Below, one piece after another: positions 14,754-26,510 of a stretch of 64,000 nt of DNA. A program made the translations under genes and the position numbers. Numbering within the stretch: the first letter of the stretch is position 1; the number at the start of each line of letters is the position of its first letter. The notes below the pieces were generated by a model. That model had not been told where the DNA came from. It was given only the letters and a program-made list of their open reading frames with translations, and made no database searches. This stretch comes from Paraspadella gotoi (Eukaryota; Animalia; Chaetognatha). Where the stretch lies: positions 5,324,355 to 5,388,354 of the forward strand of contig CM119265.1 of assembly GCA_051294375.1 (NCBI GenBank). Direction: 5' to 3'.

Positions 14754-15367
14754 TTATTGAAACGTAAAATTAGTTTCCGTGGCGCAATCGGGAATCGGAT
14801 AGAGTTCGGGCAACGTGAGTCGTCGTCTCCTTCCAACGATATCGAACTTGATTGGATGGCAGAAATCCGTCACCCATTTCCCGCGACCCGCGCCGCCTTT
14901 GCCGCCGTCTTTGCCCACGCCGCCGTCGGTTTCGCTCTTCCGTCTCAGACGCTCCGTCTCGATCCGGCGCGCCTCCTCGAAGGCGCAGACGGAGTTGTTC
15001 CGCGCCGGCGGCGTCATTTTTCTCATCGGCGTCGCCGTCGGCTGAGTCACGTTCGACGTCGCCGACGACGCCGTCCCCTCCGGCATGGCGATGACGGTCT
15101 CTGACGTCGGCGAGCGCGTTGGCGGCGCCGGCTGCGGATCTCCGCCCAGAAAGGCGCTGTCTTCGTCGACTTCGCGCGGACGTTCGTCGTCTTTGACATG
15201 TGGATCTCGGCGACAGAGGTGGTCGACGATGGCGGCGCCGATCGTGTCGCCGGAAACGTTGGCTGCCGTGCGGAACCGGTCGAGGAACCAATCGACGGCC
15301 AGAAGGAGGGAGATGTCCTCCACGGGCAGGTTGACCGCGTTGAGGACGATCAGCATGGTCACCATGC
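14754..15367 (-). CDS. SLC1A: SLC1/EAAT exon 10 (TM8 [11 protein letters not shown] plus long C-terminal tail, stop TAA)
   Basis: TM8 motif, open frame to the stop at 14754. Confidence 0.93.
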
Positions 15368-18300
15368 CTTCGAGTTTGGAAGTTGGCATTGTACATTGTA
15401 ATAAAAATTCTTTCCAGGAAATGATATTTCGATACTTTTCTCCAGCTTTACTCTTTGTAGTAATATTTATAACAGCATTACAATTACATCATACCTGCTG
15501 TCGGGATCCCGGCGGCGCCAACGGAGGCCAACGTCGCTGTCAAGGAGACGGTGATAATTTGCGGGACGCTCAGTTGGATGTTTCGCATTTGAGCGATGAA
15601 AAGCGCCGCGATTGCCTACCAGGTAAAACGGGTAAATTTTATTACGAAAAAACGCATGTAATTGTAAAATTCTGAGCTAAGATCTATACTTCATAGAGAG
15701 CGGTCCCGTCCATATTTATGGTGGCGCCGATAGGAAGGACGAACTGCGCCACCCGCGGATCGATGCCGCATCCTTCGACGACGCATTCCATCGTCACCGG
15801 GAGCGTTGCCGAGGATGACGACGTCCCGAAAGCCGTTAATAGCGCCTGCGAGGTCTTCCAGATGAATCTGAGGACGTGAAAGGTGAAAAAAAATTGACAG
15901 TTTCTTTTGCAGGGAATTTTTTTTTTAATATTAAACAAACATTTATCAAACGGTATCAAACAGTATAATTGCAGAATATATTGCGACGGTAAAAAAGATT
16001 AGTTAATCCAATATGCTATTGAAATTGCTGTGTCAAAAGGGATGTAGTAAAAACTTGGATATTTTAATATGAAAAAGGTACGGACAATTCGCTGAAATAT
16101 CTAAGAAAAAAACATATACTAAGATAGGGAACTAAATGGTCATTCTGTTTTAAGAATGCTTGTTTAGATCAACAATAATAACGATCAGCTCGTCCTTACA
16201 AACCTGAAAGGATTGCTTCGGGTGAAGAGGAAGAAGAGAAGAGGTAAAGCGATGAGCGCGTGAGTGAAGTGACCCAGAAGAACCGTGAGTATGTAGAAAC
16301 CGAGTTTGTGAAGTAGACGGAGGAATTGACCCGACTGAAGGATCTGACCGCATATGAGGAAAGCGATTCCTGGCCGTTTGGACAGACGGACCGACCGTGT
16401 CTTACAAGTGTCAAATTAATATAAACTAAACAATTCACCTATCGGCGAGTAATACATGAATATTTGGACGATATGCATGATGGCGACGTTGAGGCTGCGG
16501 AAGATTTGTATCAAGGGTCTGGCTTCGGGTCCAACGCGACCCAACACTCCTCCAAGCAGCACCGAGAACACCACGAGTCCGAGGATGTTGCTCCCGGCCG
16601 CCACGGTTCCAGAGGGCACCTCCGCTGGTTTTTTTAGAATTAAAGAAAAAAAATGTTGGATTAGTTTAATATTAAAATATTTATTTCCCTGGAATCATTA
16701 TTCTTGTATATATTTCTATCGATCTCAGGTTTTTAAGCAATTTTTTTACCATATAATGCCATGATAAGATATGATAATTAATTAATGAACATTAAAGTTT
16801 CTATCCTTGCATCACGAATTTATAAAACCCCCCACACAGCTTGTCGCTAATCCCTTTTAATCAGACTAAGTAATCCCCTTAATGATTCTCCAATCCCAAC
16901 GATAATTTTTGCCGGGTCGTCGTTCAAGTTTTCATTCTCTTTTCTAATTCGCAAAATCTTTTTTTTTTACCATTGTTATATAAAGTCGGATTTGGTCTAA
17001 TCCCACGAACAAATAACGTGATTTGAAAGACCACATACGAGGATCCATAGATTTAAAACGAATTTTGAGTTTTTCTCTTTGACAACACATTATAATCTTT
17101 CTTTGTTTCTTATTGGCGGAGACTCACCGATCAACTCTTCGGTGACGTTATTGATGGTGACGTTTAACGTCGTCTTCGACGTCACAGTCTTGTACTTTTG
17201 AAAGGCGGCGGCCACGAGATTGTCGGGTATCATGTTTCTTATCAAGTCGAGAAAATTATCTGAATGATAATGATAATTAGACATCCTTATATCTGGAGTC
17301 GATTTTGATAGCCACTGATATTTTTGGTATTCTGGTGGTCCTATTTCTTTCGCAGCGCCTCAGTGGCTCAGTGCACTAATGCACCATCCCAATGTGCGTC
17401 CCTGGTTCGAGCCCTGAGATTGTCATGTAGAAAGTGGGATGGACCGGGTAACCCGCCTGTAGGCATGGGCCTACTGCCAGATCCAAACTTCTGGACTACA
17501 TGAACATGCTGTCTCGCTGTCGCCACAAGGTGACACAGCTGCGTGTGTGGCGCCCTGTAAAACCAGCCTCTTCAGTAAATTTCTTCTTTAAATTTATATA
17601 CATTTATTTATTCCGTATATAAACGAACTCATTTATCTCAAGTGGAGCCATTGTAACGTTACCTGCGGCGTTAATCTCCAAAGATTCTTGTTTATTTTTG
17701 TAAGAGACTGATCCTCTTTTTCCAGGTTGAATCATAACCACGCAGACGATTCCTTCGCAATTGAGTGAAAATAAGATAATTCATAACTATGCATAACACG
17801 ACAAAGTTTCGACGTAATATCTGTATTGCAGTTAAAAGAAATGAATCCTCATGTAACAGTAAAAAAAATTTTATGATTTTTTCCTAAACATTAGTTAAGG
17901 TGCGAGGTTTACAACATTAGTTAAGGTGCGAGGTTTACAACATTAGTTAAGGTGCGAGGTTTACAACATTAGTTAAGGTGCGAGGTTTACAACATTCTAC
18001 CGACCCTGAATAGCGGCGAGAATGGTAGTGGTAAAATAATACCCGAGCGCCACCACGCCCATTTTTCCACCGGAAGTGGCGCCCAGGTCGGCGAGTCCGC
18101 ACACAATGGAGGACACTATCAGCGGTAGGATGATCATGTTGAGGGCGCGGAGAAAGATCTCCCCTGATGATGTGAACGGATATCATTATGGAAACGAATG
18201 ATTAGAGTATCTAGAAATAAGAGAACAATCTTTATAAAAACTACTTATGTATATTTTAGTAATGTGTTCACATTTCAATTTTATATTTGTTGTGTCTTCG

Positions 18301-19515
18301 TAGCTCACCGGGAAATTTGACGTACTTGACTTCTCTGGGTGTTAGTGGCGGCGCGAATTGGAGGACGAGGAGGGCGACCACTATTCCCGCCACAACGCCC
18401 CCCATCGTCAACAATAAAAGGGCATTGGCGCGGCAAATCGTGGAAGTCTCGATTGTCATGTAGCGAAAAATAATATTTAAATTTAAATTAAAAAAAAAAA
18501 ACAACTTTATCTTTTAGGAAAATGCTATATGGACATCACGAAGTAGAATAATATTAATATTTTAAAATTATTTTAGTAGCACTATCGATACTTACAGTAG
18601 GGACCAACTCCAGAGATAATATAAAATTTCGACTATTAGCAAAGTATTTTTAGTTGTCTTGACTAAATATTTAAGCAATCATTTTTTAAAAAAATTTACA
18701 TTATACGTCTTGATTAATACATTAAAAATTACTTGTCTTTTTTTACATTATAAAATTTTTTTTTTGAAATCTTAAAATTTTTTGATGGATTCTGATAGAG
18801 CATAAAAAGTTAAACAAGAAATATAATTACAGCTTTTAAAAATTGTTACGTTTTCTATGTGAAAATATAAAAAAAACTGATAAAATCATCGAAAGATGAT
18901 GATGATGATGATTTTTTATGGTTTTTCTTATTTTTGACGCACTTATCGTAAAAATATTTAAAAAAGAATTATACTTTGTGTAGACAACTTTTTATGAGCT
19001 ATCTGAATCTGGTCTTAAAACTTTAAAATTATCAAAAAAAATTTTGGCCTTACCTATTTATAAATAAATATTTAAAAAATAATTATTTGGGTATAGAGCC
19101 ACAAAAAAAATGTTTTGTCCATTGAAAGTATACTTCAAAATGTATAAATTTTCGTTTGAGCATGTAATCATTCAAAATTTTTGACTCACCCCATTGAGTG
19201 GGGCTACCCCTACTTACAGTTGTTTTTATTTATTAGTTTTAATTTTTTATTTATTCATTGAAATTAACTATTTTTCCAAAATGATGTCGCTCAACAAAAC
19301 TGCCTTAATTCCCATAAGAAAATTAAAAACACTTTTTTATATTTCATTCTCAATAAGTGATTATAATCAATTAAAATGATAATGAAGAAACTTACCTTTT
19401 TCACGACGACTCGCCATCTTTTTTCCGGTTGGTCTAAATTACCTTGAGAAACTTGGCTGGTAAAATAATCTTCGTTTTCAGGAGATTCGTTTTTAAATCC
19501 TTCCCACAATGACAT
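14754..19515 (-). CDS. SLC1A: Excitatory amino acid (glutamate/aspartate) transporter, SLC1/EAAT (DAACS) family; 10 coding exons, ~634 aa; paralogue not resolved
   Basis: Exons 19515-19396, 18447-18309, 18163-18005, 17752-17663, 17259-17128, 16624-16439, 16369-16204, 15867-15690, 15615-15495 and 15367-14754 join with GT-AG boundaries and consistent phases (1905 nt). Family motifs: [59 protein letters not shown] (HP1), [13 protein letters not shown] (TM7), ASVGAAGIP (HP2), [18 protein letters not shown] (TM8). Confidence 0.96.
15495..15615 (-). CDS. SLC1A: SLC1/EAAT exon 9 (AIAALFIAQ...[15 protein letters not shown])
   Basis: HP2 motif; phase 0-1. Confidence 0.95.
15690..15867 (-). CDS. SLC1A: SLC1/EAAT exon 8 (HP1 SSSSATLP and TM7 NMDGT)
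   Basis: Invariant SLC1 motifs; phase 2-0. Confidence 0.97.
16204..16369 (-). CDS. SLC1A: SLC1/EAAT exon 7 ([11 protein letters not shown]...LFTRSNPF)
   Basis: TM5-TM6 and TRxNP motif; phase 1-2; not shown in frame in the ORF track. Confidence 0.92.
16439..16624 (-). CDS. SLC1A: SLC1/EAAT exon 6 ([11 protein letters not shown]...MYYSPI)
   Basis: Conserved TM4c-TM5; phase 1-1. Confidence 0.93.
17128..17259 (-). CDS. SLC1A: SLC1/EAAT exon 5 ([25 protein letters not shown]...)
   Basis: Conserved TM4a/b motif; N-glycosylation sequons NVT twice in the loop; phase 1-1. Confidence 0.93.
17352..17578 (+). mobile_element. tRNA-derived SINE-like element in SLC1 intron 4 (antisense to the gene)
   Basis: A-box-like GTGGCTCAGTG, B-box GGTTCGAGCCC, GC-rich body, ATTTCTT on both flanks; shares AACCCGCCTGTA with the 51100-51210 element. 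Confidence 0.65.
17663..17752 (-). CDS. SLC1A: SLC1/EAAT exon 4 ([14 protein letters not shown]...EINAA)
   Basis: IxPG motif after TM3; phase 1-1; donor G|GTAACG. Confidence 0.88.
17887..17996 (+). repeat. Perfect 26-bp tandem repeat x4.2 in SLC1 intron 3
   Basis: AACATTAGTTAAGGTGCGAGGTTTAC repeated. Confidence 0.97.
18005..18163 (-). CDS. SLC1A: SLC1/EAAT exon 3 ([19 protein letters not shown]...[15 protein letters not shown])
   Basis: Conserved TM2-TM3 sequence; CAG acceptor, GT donor, phase 1-1. Confidence 0.92.
18309..18447 (-). CDS. SLC1A: SLC1/EAAT exon 2 (TM1: [18 protein letters not shown]...YVKFP)
   Basis: Typical EAAT TM1 and FPGE motif; donor G|GTGAG; atypical GAG acceptor (an in-frame ATG lies 12 nt upstream). 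Confidence 0.88.
18761..19210 (+). mobile_element. AT-rich dispersed repeat family C, copy 2 (in SLC1 intron 1)
   Basis: Colinear with 10914-11378; same GCTACCCCT terminus. Confidence 0.75.
19396..19515 (-). CDS. SLC1A: SLC1/EAAT putative exon 1 (MSLWEGF...WRVVVKK)
   Basis: ATG at 19515, 40 open codons, strong donor AAG|GTAAGT, phase 0 matching exon 2. No conserved motif here, so this exon is less certain. Confidence 0.6.
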
Positions 19516-21228
19516 GTTCCCTTATTTTTTAATTTAAATCAGAATTTAACATTATTAATTTATAATAACATGCTACAAAACTATATTTTTTAAATATCAG
19601 ACAATTCAAAAAGGATCACAAGTGAAATATTTTTTCGTCCCGTAGTACAGACCGGCAAATGATTTTTTTCTCGGGTTTTGATCCCCTGAAATGAGCGAAT
19701 CAGCGAATAGAAAAAAAAGTAGCTATGCATAAAAAAGAAAAACAAAAAGAAATCTTGAATAAATATAATGGGATAAAAACAGGTTTTCATGACGTACAGA
19801 ATTAATTTTGGACAAAAATTTGTCAAGTCATGCGGTTTTACATCACTAGTTGTCTTAACTCAAATGCTGGAAAAATCACAAATCACTTTCGTTTAATTTT
19901 AAAGGTTAAAAAATAAAAGACTTTGAATTTTGAAATGTATTTTTTTTTTACGGATAATGTAAAGTTTTTTAATTGATAAATAGTAACGATCAATCAATTT
20001 CAATTCACTCTGGTAAATAAAGACAAATATTACACTTCAAGCTATTCAAATTTCATTTCTATAGAACGGGAAAAAAAATGCCGGTACCGAACGATCGTTT
20101 AATCCTTTTACTTTCCCCCAAATTGTAAACGTGTCAATTCCAGCGACTCTGACATAACAAAGCAAACAGCAAATTAGAAGGTCGTTGTCTCTTGTCATCG
20201 CGACGACTGTAAACTAATAGGGGTAAGATTAGTTCTGTTCATTATTTCTTAGCAAAAATATCTACGTCTTTTTTCCTACTTTTACGTAAATTCCTAATTC
20301 CCATGTGTGGTCACTACAGGACCAAAGCGATATGGCTCTCAACCCGGGCATCACACATGTCTCCCCGTTGCCACAATATCTTCAATCACTCTATCGCAAT
20401 GATGCACAATTGCACACATTGTTCTGCTTCAGAACCAAATTTTCATGTTGCGTCAATAACGACTTTTTTTTCTATGAAAAATTGCAAGATTACTTGTTTT
20501 ACTAAATTTCATATTAAAATTTTAAAATAAATTTAGGAATTTAATAAATTTTTAAAAAATTTAAATTTATATTAAAATTTTAAAATAAATGTAAGAATTT
20601 AATAAATTTGACTATATATTATATTTGATTATATTCTTTATTTAGAGTATGTTCTTTTATAATGTCATGGGGAGAGGGACGTTGCCTTCTGGAAATAGAA
20701 GGAGCATCTATACAACACAAAGTTAAAAGTTACTTTCTGCCCTATCTGAAAGAGAGAGAAGTGACAGGACTGTTTCATCACTTCATCACCTCCTGCAATG
20801 GAATAAGCGGTACAACTCTACATCCCAACATTTCGTTACGGGTTTCCCCGCTTCGTCGACCAAGACGGTTCTCGTATCATCACGTCAAGAGATACCAAGG
20901 AGGCGTTATACTTATACTTATAGATATAGGTCTTTTGCTGCTGCGAAGCTACGATTTGTGTCCTGATTTTTTTTCCCTCCACCCCGACGTCGCTGGGTCG
21001 GCTGAGTGCGGTGGAAACGGCGGCGGCGGCGGCGGCGGCGGCAGCGGCGGCAGGTGCCCGCTTTAACCGGTGAAAGGTGAGTTCCCGGCCTCGCGTTGCC
21101 ATGGAGAAATGCTGACGCAACATCATCCACGCCCGGTAAAAAGAAAAAAAAAGGACGGAAGAGGGAACTAGAAGACAAAAGATAAAAAAAAACAGAAAAA
21201 AAAAGGAAACTGTGAACAAGATTTTAAT

Positions 21229-21408
21229 AGAAAGAAAGAAAGAAAAAAAGAAAAAAAGAAAGAAAGAAAGAAAGAACGAAAGAACGAAAGAACGAAAGAA
21301 AGAAAGAACGAACGAAAGAACGAACGAACGAACGAACGAACGAACGAACGAACGAACGAACGAACGAACGAACGAACGAACGAACGAACGAACGAACGAA
21401 CGAACGAA
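21229..21408 (+). repeat. Compound tetranucleotide microsatellite (GAAA)n grading into (GAAC)n
   Basis: Direct reading. Confidence 0.95.
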
Positions 21409-23178
21409 CTGGAAAATATGAAATTAAAAAGAATCCTCGAAGGTAAGAGATGTCACACCTGGTGTTTCATTGATGGGCCCATTGCTAATATGTTCAGGTG
21501 GGAATTTGCGGTTTTCTACGAGGTCTCGTTTATTTCAACTGAAGTCGTTATGGCGTGAGCATTGCAGTAAACTGCTTTAATCAATTTCTATTCTGTTTTC
21601 TACTTCGATGAAGTTTCTTTATAAAGTGGAGATTTCTTACTTATCATGCTCCTTTATGGTATTTTAAAAGTTAAAAAATACCTGGTTGTAAGTTGTAACG
21701 CGACTATTTTGTTTTGTATTTTCCGCTTGTAATCATCAAGTGATTCGGTAGTACTGCGTGGGCTGCTTAAGAGTTACTTTCATTTTTTCTGAGTATTTTA
21801 CACACATTCCTGTCATTCTCGCTTTATTATTAAAAGTCTTTAAACCCAGCTATTAGCCTCCCTTCCTTTCGGAATTCAGTTTGAAATAAAAAAGATTTAA
21901 TGAATGTCATGAACCCAGTTTTGCGGTTCAATGTCGCTCCCAAATATAATTACGGAGCGGATCCCGTTTCGTTTTTTTTTTTTTTTTTTTTTTTTTTTTT
22001 GGCGCGCGTTTTTATTTCTTGACGATTATCGCCAACTGATCTCCGATAAAATCGTAATATATGAAAATAAACAAATTAAATTTTGCCTGGATCGTAATGG
22101 TTTTTAGATGCTCTTTTAAATTCAAAACGCAAAAAGCTTGGAATTTATTTTCTAAACAATGAAAACTATTACGTTTAAAAGTCGTTCGAGTAAATCTTGG
22201 TATGAAAAATATTTTTTTTAGTACACTTCGGCGCAAAATAAAGTAGCCACTTTTAGCTTTAAATACTCCACTATTTCTTTTTTAATTAAAAAAAAAATAT
22301 ATGAAAAGTATAGCTCTTTTAAAAAGCTATCGATTGGTGCAAAAAAAAATTGAATTGGTTCAGGAAACACTTTAAAGTCACTCTCAAAACGCAATTGGTA
22401 AAAAGTTATTTCCAAAGGTTAGAGTTGATAATACAACAGGGCGAACTTTAAACTTGGTACGAAAGTGAAAACCTATTTTAGTTTTTCGAAGGGAACTGTA
22501 ATAATGTTAATCAAATGATGATCAAATTGTTTTAAAAATAATTTTCTGTAATACGAATTATGAAATCAATAAAACGTTACAATGATATAAGTGGACAACT
22601 TTGTCGTCGTCATCTTTCACGAGACGTTATTGTTTCAACTCTTATTTGAAGTATCAAAGTTTCTATTCCTGGCAGAAGAAATTTTAAAAAAAAAGTTTTA
22701 GAAGAACAAAAGTTGAGGATGAGGGCGGAAAGAACCGAGGAAAGAGAGAGGCGGTCTCTGCTGTGAGTCAAGAGCGAGAGAAAGAAAGAGGAAACGTTTT
22801 CTTTCTAAATAAAAAAAACCACAAATTCAGGAACAGATGGCATCGATTTTTCACATTCATAAAGGCCGGTCGAGTGATTGTAAAAACGATAAAATCGGAT
22901 ACCGTTAATCACAACTGGTGCGTGAAGCTTTTCTATCATTACGTCAGAGACTCTTCGTGAAAGATTATGGAGATAATCTGTAGGGGTTCACGCCTAAGCG
23001 ACGATCAATAACGAAAAACTAGCGAGTTCAGAATCGGCTGCGTTGTGAGGGAATATAAGGGGAAGAGCGACAAAAGAAAGAGAGAAAGATAGAGAGAGAG
23101 AAAGAGAGAAAGAGGGAGAGAAATTATACGTCAAATACTTCATCTTAAGATTCTTGTCCTCTGATGGAATAATCTCAC

Positions 23179-23340
23179 ACTGTATGACGAGGTTCCATTT
23201 TGGCTCCAGTCATCGGTCTCGTCGCCACCGCCCAAACCGCCTCCACCATCCTCGGAATTACCGCCACCACCACTGCCACCACTGCCACCACTGCCGCCTG
23301 GGACGATAAGGGATGGGACCGCCTGACGTCTGCCCGACAT
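23179..23340 (-). CDS. Candidate alternative first coding exon (MSGRRQAVPSLIVPGGSGG...NGTSSYS), possibly of the SLC1 gene
   Basis: aaaaATG context preceded by a TAG acceptor-like site; 54 open Gly-rich codons; donor AGT|GTGAGA in phase 0, compatible with SLC1 exon 2. Confidence 0.4.
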
Positions 23341-23845
23341 TTTTGGCGCTAATTGCCGACCGAGGGAAATAAAAGAAACCGAGAAAAAAGAATAAAGGAA
23401 AAAAATGGAGGGAAAAATGTGACTGAAAAGAAAGACATAAAGGAGGAAACCCAGAGAGGAAATAGACAGCAAAAAAAAAGATATGAAGGAGCTGTGGATG
23501 AGAATATAACGGATGAGAAGATAGTTATGAATTTTCATAAGGATAAGAGATAAGATAAAAAAAATAAAAAAAATTCTAAAATGAAAAGTAAAGCGTGATA
23601 TATCGATATATTCTTAACGAGCCACAGCGGAAACAATTTCGACTTCAAAAGTTTACCCATACAAACTTACTATGTACGAGGTAGACTCGATGTTCAAACT
23701 GATTAACGATGTCTAATTTCCACTAGAGAATTAGTCAAAGTCCGGAGAATACAAAAGTGAAGCTGCCGGAGGGACACCATAGTTCCCTACTTTTGAACCC
23801 GTCTTTCTTTCCGATTCTGCTACTCACCAGCAAAACAAAAACAAC

Positions 23846-23899
<54 letters not shown>

Positions 23900-23901
<2 letters not shown>

Positions 23902-24340
23902 CCCCTACTTTTCCTGACCCTGGAGTGAAGACGACGGGCCGGCAACCCAAAGCGCCGGGCCACCGGCAGCGCCTTTCGACCAACGGTGCCGATGGTCTTA
24001 AACGCGACGCCGAACCGCGGAACCCTTGGAACGGAGACGGCGCCGACTTTAGAGACGTAGGGCGTTCGCCTGCCGATGAGCGGCGTCTCTAGCGCTGCGG
24101 CGCCAAGAGTAACAGCGCCAGGCGTGACCCGATCCCCGCGCATCCATCATCGACGTCACGCCGTCTCTCTCGTCGAAGATAAATCACGGTCACTGAGAGT
24201 TATGAAAAACGAGAGAGGGCGAGGGCATCCGCGCGCGTAAATGTCGGCGCTTGTCGGCGCACGTCGGCGCATGCGCGGTCGCGATCGGGGAACGGGCCTC
24301 GGAAGAGTCCGAGGACTACGGTCAACATTGGGCGGTCTGG
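23900..24340. promoter_or_regulatory. CpG/GC-rich island, candidate promoter or 5' exon region upstream of the SLC1 gene
   Basis: High CpG density; three GTCGGCGC copies at a 10-bp period (24243-24270); palindromic GCGCATGCGC (NRF1/Ewg-type motif) at 24267-24276. Confidence 0.4.
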
Positions 24341-24451
24341 GTTGAGTGGAACGTTGAATAATATTGTGAAATTAAATGCAAGAAGAATCGATTTTGTTTT
24401 CTGCGTGAGTTTTTATCACGACGCCTGAATCTGCAGGCCCCCGATAACATA

Positions 24452-24867
24452 GTCAAAGTCAAAGTCAAAGTCAAAGTCAGGGACAAGATAGCTTATTTAT
24501 TAAATGAATGGATAATTTTATATTGGTTGTACCAATTTCATAAAATTCAGCTCCTTGTATTTTGATGCTAGTGCGGAGTACAATATAGTATTCCCCGATC
24601 TAATACTTAAGGGAGTGGTCTTTTCATACAATTGAAACATTCTTTGAAATATTATACCACTTCATTGATAGGGAAGCCAGGTTCACTGGGAGTGAATAAA
24701 TAAGACTGTGAGAGAGTCTTGATTGAAAGCTTGCAGAAACCTGCTATGTTATTATCTTGTAAGTGTGATGGAGGCCTTAAACCACCAAAGCCTGTCCAAA
24801 GTCAGGGACAAGATAGCTTATTTATTAATGAATGGATAATTTTTATATTGGTTGTACCAATTTCATA
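24452..24867 (+). mobile_element. Dispersed repeat family A, partial-tandem copy (3'-end fragment followed by a ~310-bp copy)
   Basis: (GTCAAA)n leader, then a ~70-bp 3' fragment ending at 24541, then the longer copy 24555-24867 with the same 3' end. Confidence 0.85.
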
Positions 24868-24968
24868 TAACTTAAAATGTTTGATTGTTGCATTAGAAAT
24901 AAAAAAAAATATTGGAATTTCTGCGGTTTAATTGTGCCTATCTGCAAATATCGCGCCCCTCATATTTT

Positions 24969-25162
24969 TGATTTTCATTGATATATTTAATACTTTTCCA
25001 ATTTGCAATGTCCGCAATGATCCTTAATTGTTTGAATTTTATTTTTAGTGCCATTAGTGCAATTTTTCTTGCTCAATACTCATCGTTTAATCGTTTAATC
25101 TTCTTATTGTCTTAATTGTCAAATTGTCTTTTTTATTTCAGAAAAAAAAAAAAAAAAAAAAA
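24969..25162 (+). mobile_element. Poly(A)-tailed retroposon 3' end, family B copy 1
   Basis: ~173 bp plus A21; inverted near-identical copy at 51743-51937. Confidence 0.8.
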
Positions 25163-26457
25163 TATTTTTGGACAACATCGAATCCATCTTTTTTTTTTCT
25201 TATGCTCCATTCATTTTTTATCCACGCAATTTCCTCTTTGTCTTAACGCCTCGGCGCCTTCAGATGACATTCATTGTCTAAAGATGAAAAAGTTAGGACA
25301 GTCAAGAGATTATATTTTTTTACGTGAATAATGAACATTATTTTCTTTTTAAAGTAAAATATGAACATGAAGAAAGGTAATAAAAAAAAGGAAAAAGGCT
25401 TGCTCGACCGGCGCAAGACGGAGGCAAATAAGGAGCGAAAAGAGAACAAAAAATGAAGCAAAAATTATGATGGAAACAGTAAACAGAGAAAACCGCGATT
25501 TGCATGGGAAAGCCCTTCGGTAGACGGAGATAAAAGGGAAAAGAATGCAGAGAGCGAGAGGATATGGGGATAGAGAGAGAGACAGTGTGGCAGAGAAAGT
25601 CTTGAAGTGAGTAAGAGAATGTGGTAAGAATCTGATCAGATAATCACCCCACCTGTTATTATTTACTTTGAAGGGATACAAACATTAAGGGAAGAGAAGG
25701 CTGAGCCAACAATTAATTTCCGAGCCGCGGGTGTAGCGATGAACTAATAAAGAAATGTCTGACAAGTTATTCATCATTTACGAAAAAAAATTGTGAATGG
25801 TGTCTTCGGCCGTTCTTTCCCTCTCATACATTATTCTATATTAATGCGAACTAATGATATATTCAGAGGCGCATAAACGCCCAGTAATGGAGAAAAAAAA
25901 ATGTTCATTGATGAGTCTTGGTGAGTTTCTTTGCTTATCTCTTTTTTTCCTCTTTTTTTTTCGTTTTTTATGTTTCTTTCTTTCTTTTTTTCTTGTTCTT
26001 ATTCTTTTCTTTGTCATGTATACAAATGAGAAATGTATAATGTATAATGCATAAATGAAACCAAAGAAAAGCTCAAGACTGAAAATAAAAGAAAATAGCT
26101 TCTGCCTTTCGGGTAATTTTTGTTTTTTTTTGTTGTGAAAATCCCGATCTCGAAGAGGAAAGCAAATATGGTCAAGATATGTTTTTTCCTCTTTTTTTGA
26201 GTCCGTGAATACCGCTTAACTGAATATCAAATATAAAAGAAAGATTATGATTTACTACAGCTTGCAAATTTTTTTGTTTGGTTTACTATGTCTATACATA
26301 TAGTACCATATAGTAGAATACAATGGACTGAACAGGGAACAACACTCATTTGAAATCATGAGAAAGTAATCCGGAATTATGGCGTATATAACTAAAAACT
26401 TTTAAAAGGAATAACAATTTTTTGAACGTGGAGAGAGAGAGAAGAGAGAGAGAGAGA

Positions 26458-26510
<53 letters not shown>

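Noticed and set aside
14757-15675. Long + strand and alternative-frame ORFs overlapping the SLC1 3' exons (likewise around 57461-59877 for the MCT)
   Set aside because: Shadow ORFs caused by GC-rich codon usage of the real minus-strand genes.
20836-21219. Poly-Ala ORF upstream of SLC1 exon 1
   Set aside because: Driven by a (GCC)n tract; no convincing start or splice context; could be UTR.
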